Shown here one piece after another: positions 60,150 to 64,000 of a stretch of 64,000 nt of DNA (within the stretch, counting starts at the first letter, position 1; each line of letters begins with the position of its first letter). This DNA is from Octopus bimaculoides (taxonomy: Eukaryota), in assembly GCF_001194135.2 (NCBI RefSeq), contig NC_068989.1, positions 26,565,646 through 26,629,645 of the forward strand. Direction: 5' to 3'. The notes below the pieces were generated by a model, which was not told where the DNA came from, made no database searches, and saw nothing but the letters and a program-made list of their open reading frames with translations. Both the position numbers and the translations under genes were made by a program.

Positions 60150-60360
60150 AGGTAATCGCCACATCAAAGTGGCTGTTCCATGTCACTACTAGGCTAACCC
60201 CAAGGAGAACTTCTGCTAGCTTCTTATCGGTCCGGCGCTACAACCTGTATATATAATATATGTTGCTAGGTGCGGGAGCGAATACCTACTATCCTCTAGC
60301 AGGTAATAGGATTACAAGACTGAGTCATTTTCGAGCTAGCTGACGCTTCGTCAGTCGCGA
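60150..60360 (-). mobile_element. Diverged copy of the ~200-nt module with a hammerhead-like head
   Basis: Minus strand GCGA CUGACGA AGCGUCAGCUAGCUC GAAA AUGACUCAGUC UUGU, then cgataagaagctagcagaag..cagccactttgatgtggcgattacctttact. Confidence 0.55.
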
Positions 60361-60506
60361 AAATCTGGTCACCAGAGTGATATATTTAAAGACAAAACAT
60401 CCAGGGGAATAATTACAATGTTGCTAAATGTTGCTTAAGTGTCCCAGGATTTAAATCCAAGAAACTGAGTCGTATTCAGTAGAAAATATAAGAAGAAAAC
60501 GTGAAT

Positions 60507-60763
60507 AAGGAGACGAACTCGCGGGATGTTGTTAGATCATTTAGATTTTGAATTCTACAACATATGTTTCGACGGATGCAATCCTAAGTGTCATACAGGA
60601 TAAATTAAGTCTGTTTGATGAGTTTGTTAATTATATCCTTTCTTGTGAAATTGATGCGTTGCTGACCATAATTTATCTTGTTGGACATCTTAGAATGCAT
60701 CGAAACATATGCTGAAGAATTCAAGATATAAATGGTTTAACAACAACCCGAGAGTTCGTCCTT
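60507..60763. mobile_element. Foldback/MITE-like element with about 100-bp imperfect inverted arms
   Basis: gacgaactcgcgggatgttgtta..ttgaattctacaacatatgtttcga..gataaatta pairs with taatttatc..tcgaaacatatgctgaagaattcaa..taacaacaacccgagagttcgtc. Confidence 0.75.
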
Positions 60764-61169
60764 GTTAAACTTTCCTATATCTGTTGCATGGTCGAGTCGC
60801 CATCGGCTAAACTGGCAACCCCACCAGGCTTGCTTGGTGAGGAGAGTGATTATTGGAACCCTGTAGTTTGAAAAGTAAACCCCGTCAAAGGGCGGAGGAA
60901 CTCATGAGCAGTCAACGGCCATCCAACAAATATGTGTAAATATGTATATATCATTTCTTTTCTTATATTCTTATATTTCTATATGTGTATATTTTACTTA
61001 TATATATATATACACAGATATATTATTCATATTTAAATCTCATTTTATTTATATTTTTAAATTACATACCTTTAACTTTATATATATATATGTATGTATG
61101 CATGTATGCATGTATGCATGTAAGTATGTATGTATGTATGCATGTATGTATGTATGTATGTGTGTATGT

Positions 61170-61375
61170 ATGTGTTTGTGTGTCTGTGTTTGTCCCCAAC
61201 ATCGCTTGAAAACCGATGCTAGTGTGTTTATGTCCTCCGTAACTTCGCAGTTCGGCAAAAGTTACCGATAGAATAAGTACTAGGCTTACAAAGAATAAAT
61301 TCTGAGGTCGATTTGTTCGACTAAAGGCGGTGCTCCAGCATGACAGTAGTCAAATGACTGAAACTAATGAAATAA
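61170..61375 (+). mobile_element. SINE family 1, 3' half preceded by a (TATG)n tract
   Basis: tgtgtttgtccccaac..ttcggcaaaagttaccgatagaataagtactaggcttacaaagaataa..ggcggtgctccagcatg..aatgactgaaac. Confidence 0.85.
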
Positions 61376-62805
61376 TAAAAAAGAAAAGAGTGTCTTACAT
61401 ATTTTTTTATGTATGTATGCGCTACTCCTTGTCGGATACCCAAAAGTTATTTGATTACATTATTGAGCGGGATACCTTACTTAGTCGGCAGGTAGAAGCT
61501 CTTTAACTTCCGATGTGAATCTACCTAGAAGGAAATCTTCAAAATAAAACCTGATTTCTTGGAAGTTATTCGGCCAATTATTGGGGTTAGTTCAGTGCAA
61601 GTTACACCCACTTAAAATTATACATCTGCACAGGTAATTCTTGTAAGTGAAGTCGCTTCAGCTTAAACGGGACATCATCCCCTGTGTACGTGCGACGGGA
61701 GCTCTTGTGCACTTATCTTCTAATCGATTAATCCTATGATGCACACACATGCACACACAGGTACACACACATAGACATACATACATTGTACGAGATATAC
61801 ATATACAAAGAGGGAGAGAATGATGTAAATGTATGAATATGGAGAAAATTTACAACAAAAAATATGTAAATGAAACAAAGACAGGTAGACAGACGCACTC
61901 TCCTCCTGTAACTAACTTACATTAAAGATCATGTCAAGAAGGAGATGCAGAGGCAGCATGCATGACAGATGTACATGTACAAAGAGAGGGTGTGTGCGAG
62001 AGAGAGTAGTAAGTATCTAGAGAGATGAGAAGTGCATAAAAGACAAACGCGTGTAGGCAAATGGAGAGAGGTTGATAGATAGGCAGTTATAAGAGACCAC
62101 GCATGCCCGCACACACACACACACACACACAAACACACAAACGTGCGAACATTTAAGTAATCACGAGTTGATGACAGAGGCTCTTAAGGTAGTTCAATAT
62201 TAGCGATCCGGAATTTAAGTTATTGTTCGTAGCAAATTGTATATTTGATTACTAATAAGAGGAATCAGTCTTGGGATGCAGATTTCGAAAATCAAATCCG
62301 TTTTCCTTAAGACGCACCGTTTCGGAGCCTTCCAGTGATATACATTTATGCATATTCACATACACTCTCATTTACATAGAAGATGTAAATATATTAGTGC
62401 TTGCGCATAAACATGTGATTATTTGTGTGAGAAGTTTAGACTCCATATATTGATTTTCAATGTCGGGACATTAACCAGAAAATTTAAATTTTGCTTATAG
62501 ATATTTTAATCAAAGCAAATATATTTTACATATCTTTTCTTTCAATATGTTGAAAATTAGTTTCTCTATTGCCACGACACTTACAACTAACTATCAATCA
62601 CACTTAGTGTTATAGACTCCACGTCATGCTGTTTTCATTTGGGAAATACCTAGGATTTATACAACTTAGTTAAGTATGGACGAATTGTGATTGGTATTGA
62701 CAGACACATTACTCCAAGAAGTAAACCGTGACAACTGATGAAGCCACACATTGAAGGGGCATTTCTGCGTTATACTAGTCTCAACACAAACTATTTTAAT
62801 CAAAT

Positions 62806-63256
62806 ACTAGCTCCTCAACAGTTACAATGCGATTTTGGTCCACCGGGGTTTGCAGGACGCCCTCGTCGATGTCTACAGTTATTCCAGGACGAGGCTCGTC
62901 ATCGAGGCTAAAGCTTCTGGCTCGGAATTTCTTGATCCACTGTTGACACTGTCTTACGCTTATTGTCTGATCCCCGTATACTGCATTAATATACCTCGCT
63001 GTTTCTGTTGCTTCGTTGTATTTATTGAAGTCATAAAGCAAAATATGCCGAATAGGTTTCCTTTGACTTCCATTATAGCTTTGAAAATATAACTGATAAA
63101 ATCGAACTGCACTCTTCAAAACATGCACTAAAGATAAGGGCAAAGTAAAATTACTACCGAACTTTATTGCAAGTTGATGTAGGTGGTTCATCCCGTTTCC
63201 CTCCGACTTTTAATTCTTGTAATCCAAGAAACCGCATTATTTATTGAATGACCCAA
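62806..63256 (-). mobile_element. Mariner (Mos1-like) relic: left TIR and N-terminal HTH
   Basis: IRHILLYDFNK..ATETARYINAVYGDQTISVRQCQQWIKKFRA..SLDDEPRPG..DEGVLQT.V.QN..VTVEEL; probable ATG at 63073 (frameshifted); TA|TTGGGTCATTCAATAAATAATGCGG terminus at 63256. Confidence 0.88.
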
Positions 63257-63968
63257 TAGAATTTTATCGCATACTAGCCTACTAATTTAAGTTTCTGTCG
63301 CATACAACACTTCTTACAATACAAATATATCTTACTTCCCCAAAACGTCCTCTCATTTATATGGAGGTAAATGGCAGACTGATATTTCCAACTTATTGAC
63401 ATGGACAATGAAACCCAGCAAACAATTTTAATTCCGACTGAAATCCTCATATGTATGTATGTATATATCAACAATCAATTTTCAGTTGCATTTCATATAC
63501 ATTATTTTGATTATGATTTGATTACATAAATTTAATACGTTTACTACATGTATTACAATCTAAACATCATTTAGTACAAACTATTCAAACTGAGATATTC
63601 CTATATTAAAGATTTTCACGAAGATAATTATATATTGCTTAATTTGTTCTTCCCCTTTCATTTAGTTTTCTTTTCATCTCACTAACTTCAACGTTTCTCT
63701 TTTCCTCAAATTGTTGGGGTAAATAGCGTTAAACATCCTGTTTCTCATTTGACAATATGGCAAGGTGTTAATAGAAAAATCTACGAAAAATATGTTAAAT
63801 CAAGTCTCTTGTTAAATCAAGTTTCTCGTGTGCACATGATCCGGGATACATTTAAGTTTATCGCATTAGTTTTATATGCGATATACACGGGTAGAAAAGC
63901 GATACATACACATATATGTATGTGCGCGTCTGTGTATGTGCATGTAATGTATGTACATATAGATGCAC

Positions 63969-64000
<32 letters not shown>

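Noticed and set aside
1145-61271. Many ORF-track entries rich in YIYI, CVCV, HTHT, poly-N/I/L or X
   Set aside because: They are translations of (TA)n, (TG)n and (TAA)n microsatellites or of N-gaps, not proteins.

Overview
AT-rich, microsatellite-saturated animal genomic DNA from a fragmented assembly (about 18 N-gaps, roughly 7 kb, most flanked by (TA)n). The SINE and LINE repertoire looks cephalopod (Octopus-like); this is pattern recognition, not a database result. I found no intact host gene, rRNA, true tRNA gene or CRISPR array. The window is mostly transposon relics: pieces of about five Penelope-like element (PLE; RT + GIY-YIG) lineages, a decayed Academ (XPG + Cys8) transposase, two RTE LINEs, Tc1 and mariner relics, several MITE/foldback elements, about five tRNA-derived SINE families, and R4/Dong-type endonuclease tails sitting in (TAA)n tracts. 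The most notable signals are (1) several minimal type-I hammerhead ribozyme motifs, one with a fully canonical core (31128-31170, minus strand), heading a dispersed non-coding module of about 200 nt found six times in the window, and (2) four different R4/Dong-like 3' ends stacked head-to-tail in one (TAA)n site (41.3-42.9 kb). All alignments and translations were done by eye, so element boundaries are approximate unless TIRs or TSDs are quoted.
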